From Myxococcales bacterium (GTDB lineage Bacteria > Myxococcota_A > Polyangia > Polyangiales > Polyangiaceae), in assembly GCA_043747615.1 (NCBI GenBank), contig JAYTOU010000053.1:1-64000 (forward strand): 64,000 bases of DNA. The letters run 5' to 3'. A program made the translations under genes and the position numbers. Positions 36,293-45,388 of this stretch are shown piece after piece. Each line of letters begins with the position of its first letter. Position 1 is the first letter of the stretch. The notes beneath the pieces are model-generated. The model was not told where the DNA came from, searched no databases, and saw only the letters and a program-made list of their open reading frames with translations.

Positions 36293-37561
36293 TTACTCGG
36301 TAGCGGTTTCCATGAAGACGACGTGCGGCGTGCCCCGCGCGTTGTCGACCGTTGCCACGTAAAGGCGGTCTCCTGCCCAGGCCAAGCCTACGTAATCACC
36401 CACCCAGGCCGGAGCGCTGCGCCGCGACACGAAGCGAACGGGTGACCGTAGAGTCCGCGTGGGCCACGGGGCGGAAGCGCGCATGACGCGAAAGGCTCCC
36501 TCGCCGTCGCCTCCTGATTTGCCTGAAAAATAGGTCATTTGAAGCAGGCCCGAGGGAGCTCGCACGAGCTGAGGATGCATGAGGAGCGCACGCTCGTCGC
36601 GAAGAAGAACGCGTGACGCAAACGTCTTTCCGCCATCATCGGAGCGCGCGACGACGACTGCGTCGAGGATTGCCGAAGCCGATGTGTCCGTGGGCGTCGC
36701 GCTCGTGCCGTAGCTGACGAGCACCTCGTCACCGCGGACGAAACACAGCGGGCCCTCGGGAGCGACATGGTCGTCTGCTTTCGACACGATGGTCTGGCGA
36801 CCTTCCGACCAGGTCACGCCGTCGTCGCTCACGCGCAGGACGATTCCGGCCGTGGGATCGACGTAGGTAACGAACAGGCGTACGCCCCGATCCTCCGCAC
36901 ATACGGAGCCGAGCGCTCCGGCGAACGTGGCTCCATGAACGACCGTCGTGCGAGAAAACTTCGTGTGATCGTCGTTGGCGAGGGCGAGGCTGAATCCGCC
37001 GTCACTTGGCGTTGCAAAGCGATGGAGGACCATCAGCCGTCCCTTCGGACCGCGGATCGAAAACGGCTTGTCGTAGATCCCTCCGGTCTCGGTCACTTCG
37101 AGTGGAGCCCCGAAGTGCCCAGCGCGCGAGCCCGCGGTGAAGACGTGCATGTCGTACGGGTCGCCGCCGGCCGCTCGATTCTGCCTGAAGGCGAGCCACG
37201 TGAGGTCGACGTCCGCGTCTGCACGAGACACGAGCATTGGATCGGCGGCGTAGAATCCAGGTACGTTCATCGCCTGGATTGGTCCCCACGATTTTCCGTC
37301 GTCGTTCGAGAAGCGCACGCCAATGCGATCCGCCGCTCCCGCCTCCGCGGCAACCCCCATCCAGGCCACGGCGAGCGCGCCGCTCCCGGAGACCGCGAGG
37401 TGCGGCTCGAGCTCGAACGCTGACTCGGACGAGCGAGACACGAACCCGGCGTGCAGCTCTTTTTCCAACGTGCGCGCGTCGACGAAGCGCATCACGCCGT
37501 ACCCGGTGAGCGCGACGCCGGCGGCTACGATGACGAGCGAGGCCCCGTGAGACGCCTTCAA
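36293..37561 (-). CDS. BNR/Asp-box (sialidase-like) beta-propeller protein
   Basis: Asp boxes SNDDGKSW, SDDGVTW and SDDGGKTF; VGDYVGL; N-terminal TM/signal. Confidence 0.8.
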   Translation of the reverse strand: MKASHGASLVIVAAGVALTGYGVMRFVDARTLEKELHAGFVSRSSESAFELEPHLAVSGSGALAVAWMGVAAEAGAADRIGVRFSNDDGKSWGPIQAMNVPGFYAADPMLVSRADADVDLTWLAFRQNRAAGGDPYDMHVFTAGSRAGHFGAPLEVTETGGIYDKPFSIRGPKGRLMVLHRFATPSDGGFSLALANDDHTKFSRTTVVHGATFAGALGSVCAEDRGVRLFVTYVDPTAGIVLRVSDDGVTWSEGRQTIVSKADDHVAPEGPLCFVRGDEVLVSYGTSATPTDTSASAILDAVVVARSDDGGKTFASRVLLRDERALLMHPQLVRAPSGLLQMTYFSGKSGGDGEGAFRVMRASAPWPTRTLRSPVRFVSRRSAPAWVGDYVGLAWAGDRLYVATVDNARGTPHVVFMETATE

Positions 37562-37565
37562 GAAC

Positions 37566-39014
37566 TTAAAGATCGGTGCGGATTTTTCGTTTGCCGGGTG
37601 TGGTGCTCGATGGTGCGGTGGAAGGCACCGCAGCCGCCGAGGAGCCCGAAGTAACGGGCGCCGCTTTCGGCTTTGCCGCGCCGCGCGGAGCAGCGACTGC
37701 AGACGCGGAAGGAGCAGCGGAAGGTACGGCGCTCTCGGCCGGGACCGCTGCGGGCTGCGCCTCGACGGGCATGGCGCTCTCGATCACACGCGGCTTGAAA
37801 GTCTCCGTGGTCTCGACCAGCGCGGCGGGAGGCGGCAGACGGACCTCGGCGGGTTTGCCCCGGCCCACCACGGCGAGCGTGATCCCAAGCACCGCGACGA
37901 CGGCTCCCCCGCCGAGAAGCGCGACGAGACCGCGATTCGATTTCTTCGGCGGAGGCTCGATCGACTGGTTTCCGCCGCTCCAACCGACGACGGACTTTCC
38001 CTCTGCGACGGCGGGGGACGACAGGGACGCAGACGCCATCGACGCGGCGAGTGGCGCGGGACCAGGAATCGGCGGCAGACCGAGCACGCTCGAAGGGGCG
38101 AGCATTGGAGTCGCGGGCCGGCCCGCCACCGTTTCATCGAACGCGAGGCTCGGATGATTTGCCCGACCCCAATCGATGATCGCTTTCTGAAACTCACGCG
38201 CGTTCGCGTAACGATTTACGGGATCGCGCGCCATCGCCTTGTGCACGATCGCCGAGAACCCGGGATCGAGATCGGGGATGACCTCAGGCAGCGGACGGAA
38301 GGTGCCGAGAGCGATCTTGAAAAGCAAATCGTGGGCGTTTTCGCCGACGAACGGGAGCTCTCCGCAGAGACAACGGTAGAGAACGACGCCGAGCGCATAG
38401 AGGTCGGAGCGCTCGTCGACCTCGCGGTGGGCGCCGCGCGCCTGCTCGGGCGCCATGTAGTAAGGCGTTCCCATCAGCATGCCGGTCGTCGTGGCCGGCA
38501 TGGCTTCGTCGGGCAACGGCGCGAATTTCGACACGCCGAAATCCAGGATCTTGACGACCTCGCCCTTCGACGTGCGCGCCATGAAAATGTTCGCGGGCTT
38601 CAAGTCGCGGTGGATGATCTGGGCGCTGTGCATTGCGGCGAGCCCTTCCAAGATCTGGTGGGCGATGCGCGCGACCTCCGAGACGCCGAGCCGGAGGCGC
38701 GCCTTCATTCGGTCGGCCAAGCTCTCGCCCGCCAAGAACTCCATCACCATGTACGCGTCGCCGTTCGGCAAGTCGCCCAGATCCAAGACGTCGACGATGT
38801 GGGCCGAGCCGATCCGCGCGGCAGCTTGGGCTTCGCGCGCGAAGCGACGAGCGATCTCCGGATTCGCTGCGGCCTCGGCGTGCATGACCTTGATCGCCAC
38901 CCGACGCGAAATGCGCGAGTTCTCTCCCTCGTAGACGCAGCCCATACCCCCTTCGCCAATCACGCGAATGACCCGGTATTTCCCGTCGATAATCTGGCCA
39001 AGCTCGATCGGCAT
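37566..39014 (-). CDS. Ser/Thr protein kinase with TM helix
   Basis: IGEGGMG, VAIK, HRDLKPAN, DFGVSK and GTPYYMAPEQ. Confidence 0.96.
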   Translation of the reverse strand: MPIELGQIIDGKYRVIRVIGEGGMGCVYEGENSRISRRVAIKVMHAEAAANPEIARRFAREAQAAARIGSAHIVDVLDLGDLPNGDAYMVMEFLAGESLADRMKARLRLGVSEVARIAHQILEGLAAMHSAQIIHRDLKPANIFMARTSKGEVVKILDFGVSKFAPLPDEAMPATTTGMLMGTPYYMAPEQARGAHREVDERSDLYALGVVLYRCLCGELPFVGENAHDLLFKIALGTFRPLPEVIPDLDPGFSAIVHKAMARDPVNRYANAREFQKAIIDWGRANHPSLAFDETVAGRPATPMLAPSSVLGLPPIPGPAPLAASMASASLSSPAVAEGKSVVGWSGGNQSIEPPPKKSNRGLVALLGGGAVVAVLGITLAVVGRGKPAEVRLPPPAALVETTETFKPRVIESAMPVEAQPAAVPAESAVPSAAPSASAVAAPRGAAKPKAAPVTSGSSAAAVPSTAPSSTTPGKRKIRTDL

Positions 39015-39032
39015 TTGTTTTCGCTTTGGGAT

Positions 39033-39893
39033 CTACGGAGGGCCGAGGTCTACGTTTTGATCGGGGAACGCGTGCGGATCGAAATCGAGAGAGAGCCCCG
39101 TGGCATCGGAGCCCTTCGGAATGCGCCACCCAAGATCACCTCCGGGGGGCGGCTCGTATGTTCCGTTGCCGTTGGCATCGACGTAGATCTCGACATTGTA
39201 ATTGACGCCTTCGTCGATCACACCTGGGATTTTCGCATCGAGCGTCGCCGGAGCGATTGGCAGCGTGAGCTTCGAGAAACGGTAGAGGCCCGCGGTATGC
39301 CCGGTGGCCGCGTCGGCGATTCGGACCTGCACCACTTTGCCGGCGTAGTCGTCCATCTTCAACATGTGGATGACGGCGCCTACGCCCGTGTCCTTGGGCG
39401 GATTGCGCGTGCCCATCGGGTAATCATTCAACTCGCTGAAGGAGTAGTTGTGGGCATAGGTCACGTCGATCAGGCCGTCGTTCGGATCGCTCGAAGGCGA
39501 ATCGACGAGGGGATCCCAGCGCCAGCCGTGATCGTGATCGGGCCCGCTGCCGAGGCCGTCCCAGCCTCCCGAGTGATTTTTGTCGGCGTAGAAATCCAGC
39601 CGGTAGGGGCCGTTCACCTTGGGGACGGCTCTCGGAACGTGAACGGTGGCCTTCGGTGCGCCGAGCGGATCGAGAATGCCGCGTGACTGAATGAAGTTGT
39701 TGGCGTCGATCACCCGGTACTCGAAGACCTGTGCGGGGTGCGTGTCCATTCCGGTCACGGTGAAAGAGAGATCGTCGTGGAGATCGGAGCCGCCCTTGGT
39801 AGGTCCGTGAAAGCGATCGAGGTTGGTGACTGCAAAGCATCCAGTGACGAGCAGCGGAGCGGCGAGCACGAGCGAGTGACGGGGGGTTTTCAT
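39033..39893 (-). CDS. hypothetical lipoprotein with two repeated domains
   Basis: Lipobox VTGC; YADKNHSGGWD and YVDANGNGTYE repeats. Confidence 0.8.
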   Translation of the reverse strand: MKTPRHSLVLAAPLLVTGCFAVTNLDRFHGPTKGGSDLHDDLSFTVTGMDTHPAQVFEYRVIDANNFIQSRGILDPLGAPKATVHVPRAVPKVNGPYRLDFYADKNHSGGWDGLGSGPDHDHGWRWDPLVDSPSSDPNDGLIDVTYAHNYSFSELNDYPMGTRNPPKDTGVGAVIHMLKMDDYAGKVVQVRIADAATGHTAGLYRFSKLTLPIAPATLDAKIPGVIDEGVNYNVEIYVDANGNGTYEPPPGGDLGWRIPKGSDATGLSLDFDPHAFPDQNVDLGPP

Positions 39894-39895
39894 AA

Positions 39896-40903
39896 TCAAA
39901 ACGCCAAGCGAAGGGTGCCGATGCAGCCTTGTCCCGTGCACATTGCGCTCGCCTTGGGGGCGCTTGCCGGAGCAGCCTCCTCGGAAGGTTTGCGGGCGAG
40001 CATCCACCACGTGAGGCCGACTCCGCCGACGACTGCGCCGCCGATGAGGAGAATGTCCGTCAGCCTCACGAACGTTCGCGCGGTGTCGCGATTCGAGGCC
40101 AAATCAAAGGTGTTCGGGCACATGTCGTTCGGGCACGCCTTCGAGATCGTGCTCGTCTTGCTGAGGGCAACGAGGCCGGTGACCGCGCCTGTGACGAGCA
40201 TCGCGCCGCCGACGCCCATGACGACCACCGGGAGCACGCTCGGGGACTCTCGCTTCGGCAGAGCAGCAGGACCTACGAGCAGCGGCGCTTCTCTCTTTTT
40301 CATCGCAAAGGAGTGGGCCTCGGGGTGACCGGCACGCGCCTCGAACTCCCAGGTAGCGTCCTCGAATCCGTCTGCTTTGACGGTGACCTGGTGATCGCCC
40401 GGGCGCTCGCCGATCTCCAGTCTGCCGTGAATGGGTCCGTAGGTGTTCGTGACGCGATCGCCGCGGGTCGGCACGCGGACGTCGATGATCCGCGCGTCCA
40501 TGACGTCGACGTCGAAGACGACGCGGGCAACCCCCGTGGTGAGCGTCTGGATGTCGCGCTCGATCTGCGCGCGCTCCTCGGGATCGATGTCCCCCACTTC
40601 CTTGAGGTACCGTCCGTAGGCTGCGATCGCTTCACCGTCCCGCTCGAGCTTCATCGCACAAAAACCGATGTTTCCGAGCATCTTGGGGGAGCTCGAGAGC
40701 GCGTACGCGGCCTTGAACTCGCGGTACGCCTCTTCGACGTTCGTGCCTTCCGGATCCTGGAGGTGCGCTACCCCCGCCTTGAAGTGCATCCGCGCCTCTT
40801 CGCTGATGGGCACGTCCCCGGCGAGCGACACACTGGACACCACCCCTACGGAAGCAAAGAAGGCCAGCGCGACGAGGCGCCGGCGAAGACGTGATACTCG
40901 CAT
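39896..40903 (-). CDS. TPR/PEGA-like protein with C-terminal TM segments
   Basis: EARMHFKAG...EEAYREFKAAY...LGNIG...EAIAAYGRYL; PGDHQVTVKADGF; ATG 40903. Confidence 0.8.
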   Translation of the reverse strand: MRVSRLRRRLVALAFFASVGVVSSVSLAGDVPISEEARMHFKAGVAHLQDPEGTNVEEAYREFKAAYALSSSPKMLGNIGFCAMKLERDGEAIAAYGRYLKEVGDIDPEERAQIERDIQTLTTGVARVVFDVDVMDARIIDVRVPTRGDRVTNTYGPIHGRLEIGERPGDHQVTVKADGFEDATWEFEARAGHPEAHSFAMKKREAPLLVGPAALPKRESPSVLPVVVMGVGGAMLVTGAVTGLVALSKTSTISKACPNDMCPNTFDLASNRDTARTFVRLTDILLIGGAVVGGVGLTWWMLARKPSEEAAPASAPKASAMCTGQGCIGTLRLAF

Positions 40904-41161
40904 GCAACCCGACGTTATGCGGGGGTTCAGACCACATGCCAAGCCCCAAATCCGACTCCTCCGCTGCAATCGCCCGACCGGCTCGCGTCCGCAGCTCCGC
41001 TCGTCGTCGCTCCGAGGCCGGATGCAGGAGCGGCGGTGAGCCCCGCCTTCACGTGCGGACACACCGAGAACGCGCGCGATTGGAGCGCCATCATCCAGGA
41101 ATTTTTTGGCGGGATCGATCTCGTTCCGCCGTGCGCGCCGCCGCGTTGACCGGGCTGCCGC

Positions 41162-42196
41162 TCAGGGCTTTGTCGATGCGTCGGGCGAGTCCTTGGAGAC
41201 GAGCGCCTCGAACTCCTGAGGAATCTTCGGCTTGCATCCGCCACCGAAGCCATCGGCGCTGAACTTCGTGGTCAGCGTGCCGGTCTGCTCGACCTCGCCG
41301 CCCTTGTCGGTCTTGATCTTGCGCATCACTTCGACGCGAAGCTCGTGCTGACCCGCGTGCGCCCCGCTGCAGTAGGAAACAAAGTAGTTGCTCTGCGCGA
41401 AGGACGACAGCCGCCCCCCGAGAGCGTCTAGCGTGGAGGCCAACGCGCCCACGCTTGGGGCGTTCATCGTGTCGTTCGTACCGATGTAATCGAGCTGAGC
41501 GAGCTTGGCGTCTTCCCCCACACCAACGACGAATCGCCTAATTTTAGCGGCATCCGGGGCCTTGAACAGCTCCTGGATCTGCTCGCGTTTCACGCGTGCC
41601 GCGCGATCGGCGCCACGAGCGACAACGACCAGCTGCCCGCCGGTCATCGGATCGCTCTCGCCGAGGGCCGTGCGAAGGACCTTCATTCCCGCAACGACGG
41701 CTCCGTTGAGATTGGTGGTTTCGTCCTTCGGCTTGTAGTCTTTGAGCGCGTCGAGGTTCGCCTTTGCGCGATCGTCCGGGGCAGAGAAGGCAACGACCGG
41801 GTGGAGATCGGGCGAGCCGTCGAACGTGTACACGGCGACCTTTTGCTTGGGCCGAAGCTTCGCCATGAGAGCGGCCGCGCCGTCCGTCATGGCGACGGCA
41901 TCAGATGGAGTCACGCGCCCGCTCCAATCGAGAAGGAGCAACGTGAACTGCGTCGCGGTCATATCGGGGTTGACGATCCGCAAGTCGGCGGTCACCGCCA
42001 CGCCGTCTTCGAACACCTTGAAGGCTTCGTCGCCCAGGTGCGGGACGGGCACTTTCTCGGCGTCGACCGAGAGGTAGACCATCACGTTCGCCGGCTTCTC
42101 CACGGAAGACGCGATGTTCGCGACGCGCAGACCGCCCCCGCAGCTAATCGCGGCGAGTGCCAGAAGCGAGATGCGGAGCGCGGGTCGGAGGTGCAT
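41162..42196 (-). CDS. vWA-like lipoprotein (degenerate MIDAS)
   Basis: Lipobox AISC; FKVFEDG; LLLLDWSG; TNLNGAV. Confidence 0.75.
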   Translation of the reverse strand: MHLRPALRISLLALAAISCGGGLRVANIASSVEKPANVMVYLSVDAEKVPVPHLGDEAFKVFEDGVAVTADLRIVNPDMTATQFTLLLLDWSGRVTPSDAVAMTDGAAALMAKLRPKQKVAVYTFDGSPDLHPVVAFSAPDDRAKANLDALKDYKPKDETTNLNGAVVAGMKVLRTALGESDPMTGGQLVVVARGADRAARVKREQIQELFKAPDAAKIRRFVVGVGEDAKLAQLDYIGTNDTMNAPSVGALASTLDALGGRLSSFAQSNYFVSYCSGAHAGQHELRVEVMRKIKTDKGGEVEQTGTLTTKFSADGFGGGCKPKIPQEFEALVSKDSPDASTKP

Positions 42197-42211
42197 CGAG
42201 GATGTGCCCGT

Positions 42212-42871
42212 CTAACGCATTACGGCCGCGATCTCCAGCTTCCGCGCGGCTCTGCACCTGCGGGCGCTCAGATCGACGCCGAGCGCATCGAGGCCAAGCG
42301 TGTTGGCGACGGCAAGGACGGTTCCGTGGCCGCAAAAAGGGTCGACCACGATAGTGGTGTTCGTTTCGTCTCGTAGATAGCGGCACGCGATGCGGCACGC
42401 CTCGACTCCCATGGCACGGCTCCACGGCATGAAGCCCGCATCGGGGACGACGTCGGCGCTCGGATGCTTGGGGGGTGCGCGCCGCTCTCGCGAGATGCAG
42501 AGCATGTGCGAATAGCTCGAGCGTCCATAGGTCCTCGTGCCGGCCGGCCTCCGACAGACGATCTTGTGCCACACCAGCGCGGCGGACTCGTCCTCTGCTG
42601 CGCGCTGCACGAGGTAGCCTTTGTCGATCCAGATGCCTCGAGGGCGGATGTCGCTCTGGAAGAAAATCGCCACGCCGCCTTCAGGTACCCAGCGGATCAC
42701 GCGCCGCGCAGCGTCGACGAACCACGTACGCCAGCCTTCGGCGCCGAGGCCCGGTAGCTCGGAGACATCGGGCAGCGAAGTGATGACACTCGCATGCGGC
42801 TCGGCAGGATTCGCCTCGAGCCACGCGAGGGCCTCGCCCTGAATGATTCGACGACCGGGCGCGCTAGACAT
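42212..42871 (-). CDS. SAM-dependent methyltransferase, N4/N6 DNA-MTase-like layout
   Basis: VITSLPD near the N-terminus and VVDPFCGHGTVLAVA...GVDL near the C-terminus. Confidence 0.8.
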   Translation of the reverse strand: MSSAPGRRIIQGEALAWLEANPAEPHASVITSLPDVSELPGLGAEGWRTWFVDAARRVIRWVPEGGVAIFFQSDIRPRGIWIDKGYLVQRAAEDESAALVWHKIVCRRPAGTRTYGRSSYSHMLCISRERRAPPKHPSADVVPDAGFMPWSRAMGVEACRIACRYLRDETNTTIVVDPFCGHGTVLAVANTLGLDALGVDLSARRCRAARKLEIAAVMR

Positions 42872-42888
42872 CGCGTACGCTCGTGAGC

Positions 42889-43269
42889 ATGGGGAGCGAG
42901 GCGAGGCGCGGAGCGGGCGGTACCCCGGGCGGGCTAGGGGAATTCATCGTTGGCGCCCTCCTCACGTTCACGGGCGTTTACCTCATTCTCAGCCGCGTCA
43001 CGGTCACCACTGGCTTCTGGAATTTCGGCGGTCACGCCTTCGGCGTCATGTTGATTCCGCTCATCTGCGGCATCGCGGCCCTGTTCAACAACGGAAAATC
43101 GATCGTCGGTTGGGTGCTCACCGTGGGCACGCTCATCGCCATCCTGCTCGGCGTGCTCCTCAACATGAACATCTACTTCGAGCAGACGAGCCTCACGATC
43201 GTCTTCGTCATGGTGGGAACGATGGCCGCGGGTTTCGGGCTTATTTTCAAGAGCCTGCGGCCTCATTGA
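42889..43269 (+). CDS. small four-TM membrane protein
   Basis: GAGGTPGGLGEF followed by four hydrophobic segments. Confidence 0.8.
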   Translation: MGSEARRGAGGTPGGLGEFIVGALLTFTGVYLILSRVTVTTGFWNFGGHAFGVMLIPLICGIAALFNNGKSIVGWVLTVGTLIAILLGVLLNMNIYFEQTSLTIVFVMVGTMAAGFGLIFKSLRPH

Positions 43270-43343
43270 CAACTCTGCGAACGCTCGAGTCACATCGTCG
43301 CGCATCACACTTTTCCACCCGCACGGCGCCGTTCTGTGTTGAC

Positions 43344-43634
43344 ATGCGGCGCATGAAGATCTTCTCCTCGATTCTCGTCGCCGTCTTGACGGTCGCGGCC
43401 TGCAGCGCTGCGGTCAGCAAGGGGCCAAGCGAACGATGCGCGACGGGGACCGAATGTGCCTCGGGAGCCTGCCTCGATCTCGCCGTCATCGATCGTGACG
43501 GAGGTGCATGCCACTCCGCAGGGACCGTGTGCTCCAAGCCCTGCAATACCGATCCGGACTGCGCCTCGCTCGGCGCCAAGTACAAGTGCTTCGACGGCTG
43601 CGGCCCGGCGAAATTCTGCGGCGCTACGCCGTAG
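43344..43634 (+). CDS. small Cys-rich lipoprotein
   Basis: Lipobox VAAC; CATGTECASGAC...CSKPCNTDPDC disulfide-rich pattern. Confidence 0.75.
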   Translation: MRRMKIFSSILVAVLTVAACSAAVSKGPSERCATGTECASGACLDLAVIDRDGGACHSAGTVCSKPCNTDPDCASLGAKYKCFDGCGPAKFCGATP

Positions 43635-43744
43635 CTTAGCGTCCACCGGGGCAAGAAGGAGCAGCTCGCCGCTGCCGATGCTCAGCATTGGCGCAGCCTA
43701 CACCAGGCCGCATCCGTCGTTGCGCGGCAAGCGGCTGTAGAGTG

Positions 43745-43827
43745 TGGCCCCTGCGGGGGTCGAACCCGCACGCCCTTTCGAGCCGAGGATTTTAAGTCCT
43801 CTGCGTATGCCATTCCGCCAAGGGGCC
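43745..43827 (-). tRNA. tRNA-Leu (anticodon TAA)
   Basis: GGCCCCT/AGGGGCC acceptor stem, GAGGA-CTTAAAA-TCCTC anticodon arm, long variable arm, GCGGG-TTCGACC-CCCGC T arm; CCA not encoded. Confidence 0.95.
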
Positions 43828-43836
43828 TTATCGAGT

Positions 43837-43859
43837 TCTGGGGCGACTCTGGGGCGACT
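43837..43859. repeat. 11-bp tandem direct repeat (TCTGGGGCGAC x2)
   Basis: Perfect copies at 43837-43847 and 43848-43858, between the integrase remnant and the tRNA-Leu 5' end. Confidence 0.85.
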
Positions 43860-44220
43860 TCGCCCAATTCGGGGATTACCTCCTGTAAGGGCGCGAGTTT
43901 CCCGGGGCCCAGCTCCGCACACTTCCGCGCTGCACGGCGGTAGCGCCGAAGCATCGCGCTCGTCGTGTGGCCTTTGCGGTCCATGCTCCATGCTGCGCTG
44001 CGCCCATTGGCCGACGATACCGTGATGAAGGTGGCCCGCAAGTCTTGCACGCGAACGGGCTGCCGAACGTTGCTCCGCTCGAGGAGCTGCACGCGCGCTA
44101 GCCCTGCCTTTTTCAGGTCCACACGAAGGCGATCCGCCCGTCGGTTCATGAGCTGCAGAAGCTTCTTCCTCGCCGCCGTGGTCGAGGCGTATTCATCGCG
44201 TATCTGGCGCGCTACGTAAG
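43860..44220 (-). pseudogene. tyrosine recombinase/integrase C-terminal remnant
   Basis: VRVQDLRATFIT (degenerate HxLR), DRKGHTTSAMLRRY (GH...Y); N-terminal domains absent. Confidence 0.8.
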
Positions 44221-44743
44221 GACGTTGCGGCCACCGAAGCAAATCGGTGTCGAGCTAAGGACGGAGGTCCGCGCTTTCCTTGTCACGTTCGGGGAACTGC
44301 ACTGGGGGCGCGCGTCGTCTGGTGCATTACCGGCGTCGGATTTGCTGATCGCCGCGTCGAGAAGGCCGGCGTCGGTCCCGCTGTCCGACCCGTTCGTCGA
44401 ACTGGAGGAGCTGCAGCTCGCAATCAGCAGAGCGGAGCTGCTGGCAAGTCAATGAAAGTACAAGCGGCAACACAAAGCCTAGTTTGATGCGCAGTTTAGG
44501 ATAGGTAGTGCAGCTACTCGGAGAGCCATCAGTTTGCCAGCATAGTAAAGTGCACGCCCGTCACCAGCTCGGGCTCTCGTATGTCGAAGCGGAGATGGAG
44601 GCCGGTTCCTTGGGAGTATTGGTCCTTTTCTCGGCATGGGCGATCGTGACATTTGCTCCTTGTTGCCGAAGCGCAGCAGGTTGCCGAAGGACACTGTTGC
44701 CGCTAATGTGGAGTGCTGTCGAATGCTCGAGGTGCCCTAGTTA

Positions 44744-45058
44744 ATGACACTGAATCAGCGCCGCCACCGGCTTCTCTTTGGCATTGCGTTGTGCGTAGTT
44801 GCCATTAGTGTTTTGACGATTGTCGCGCTGACGGGCGTCGAGCGGCACGTCACCCTGATGTCGAGTATGCCGCTCTGGCCAACCGTTGCAATTCTCGTCG
44901 GACAGTGGACCCGGGTGCGTGCAAACATCGCAACCTATGGACCCGATCGCCCGGAGGAAATCGCACCGGTCTCTCGTAAGCTCCTAGCCGCTGCGGCGGT
45001 CGGTCTGTTTTTAGTGCTGGCGTTCGGTGTCATCCTCGTATCGCGCACCGCTCCGTAG
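44744..45058 (+). CDS. small membrane hypothetical protein
   Basis: 104 aa with three hydrophobic segments, in an AT-richer interval. Confidence 0.5.
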   Translation: MTLNQRRHRLLFGIALCVVAISVLTIVALTGVERHVTLMSSMPLWPTVAILVGQWTRVRANIATYGPDRPEEIAPVSRKLLAAAAVGLFLVLAFGVILVSRTAP

Positions 45059-45247
45059 CCCCAGCTTCATCATCGCTCGGGCAACTGGCTCGGCGGCCCC
45101 CAAACGTCCACGCCTGAGAGCGTAGGAGGCGCAAACGTGATTGCGTTTCCCTCTAAAACTACCGAAAAGAAGCACTTCTTGAACAATTAGACGGAGTCCT
45201 CTACAAGGGCTCACCCTCGGAGGTAACACTTGCCACCGGGACGACCT

Positions 45248-45319
<72 letters not shown>

Positions 45320-45388
45320 CCGCGCGGATTCCCCGGCTCGTAAGTTCCCTCAACTGTATCGCGCCATAGCGCGCTTTCGCGGCCGCGA

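Noticed and set aside
43745..43827. bldA-like translational control by tRNA-Leu(TAA); one TTA codon at 52001 in the giant lipoprotein
   Set aside because: TTA codons also occur in unrelated genes here (e.g. near 9865); no enrichment is evident.
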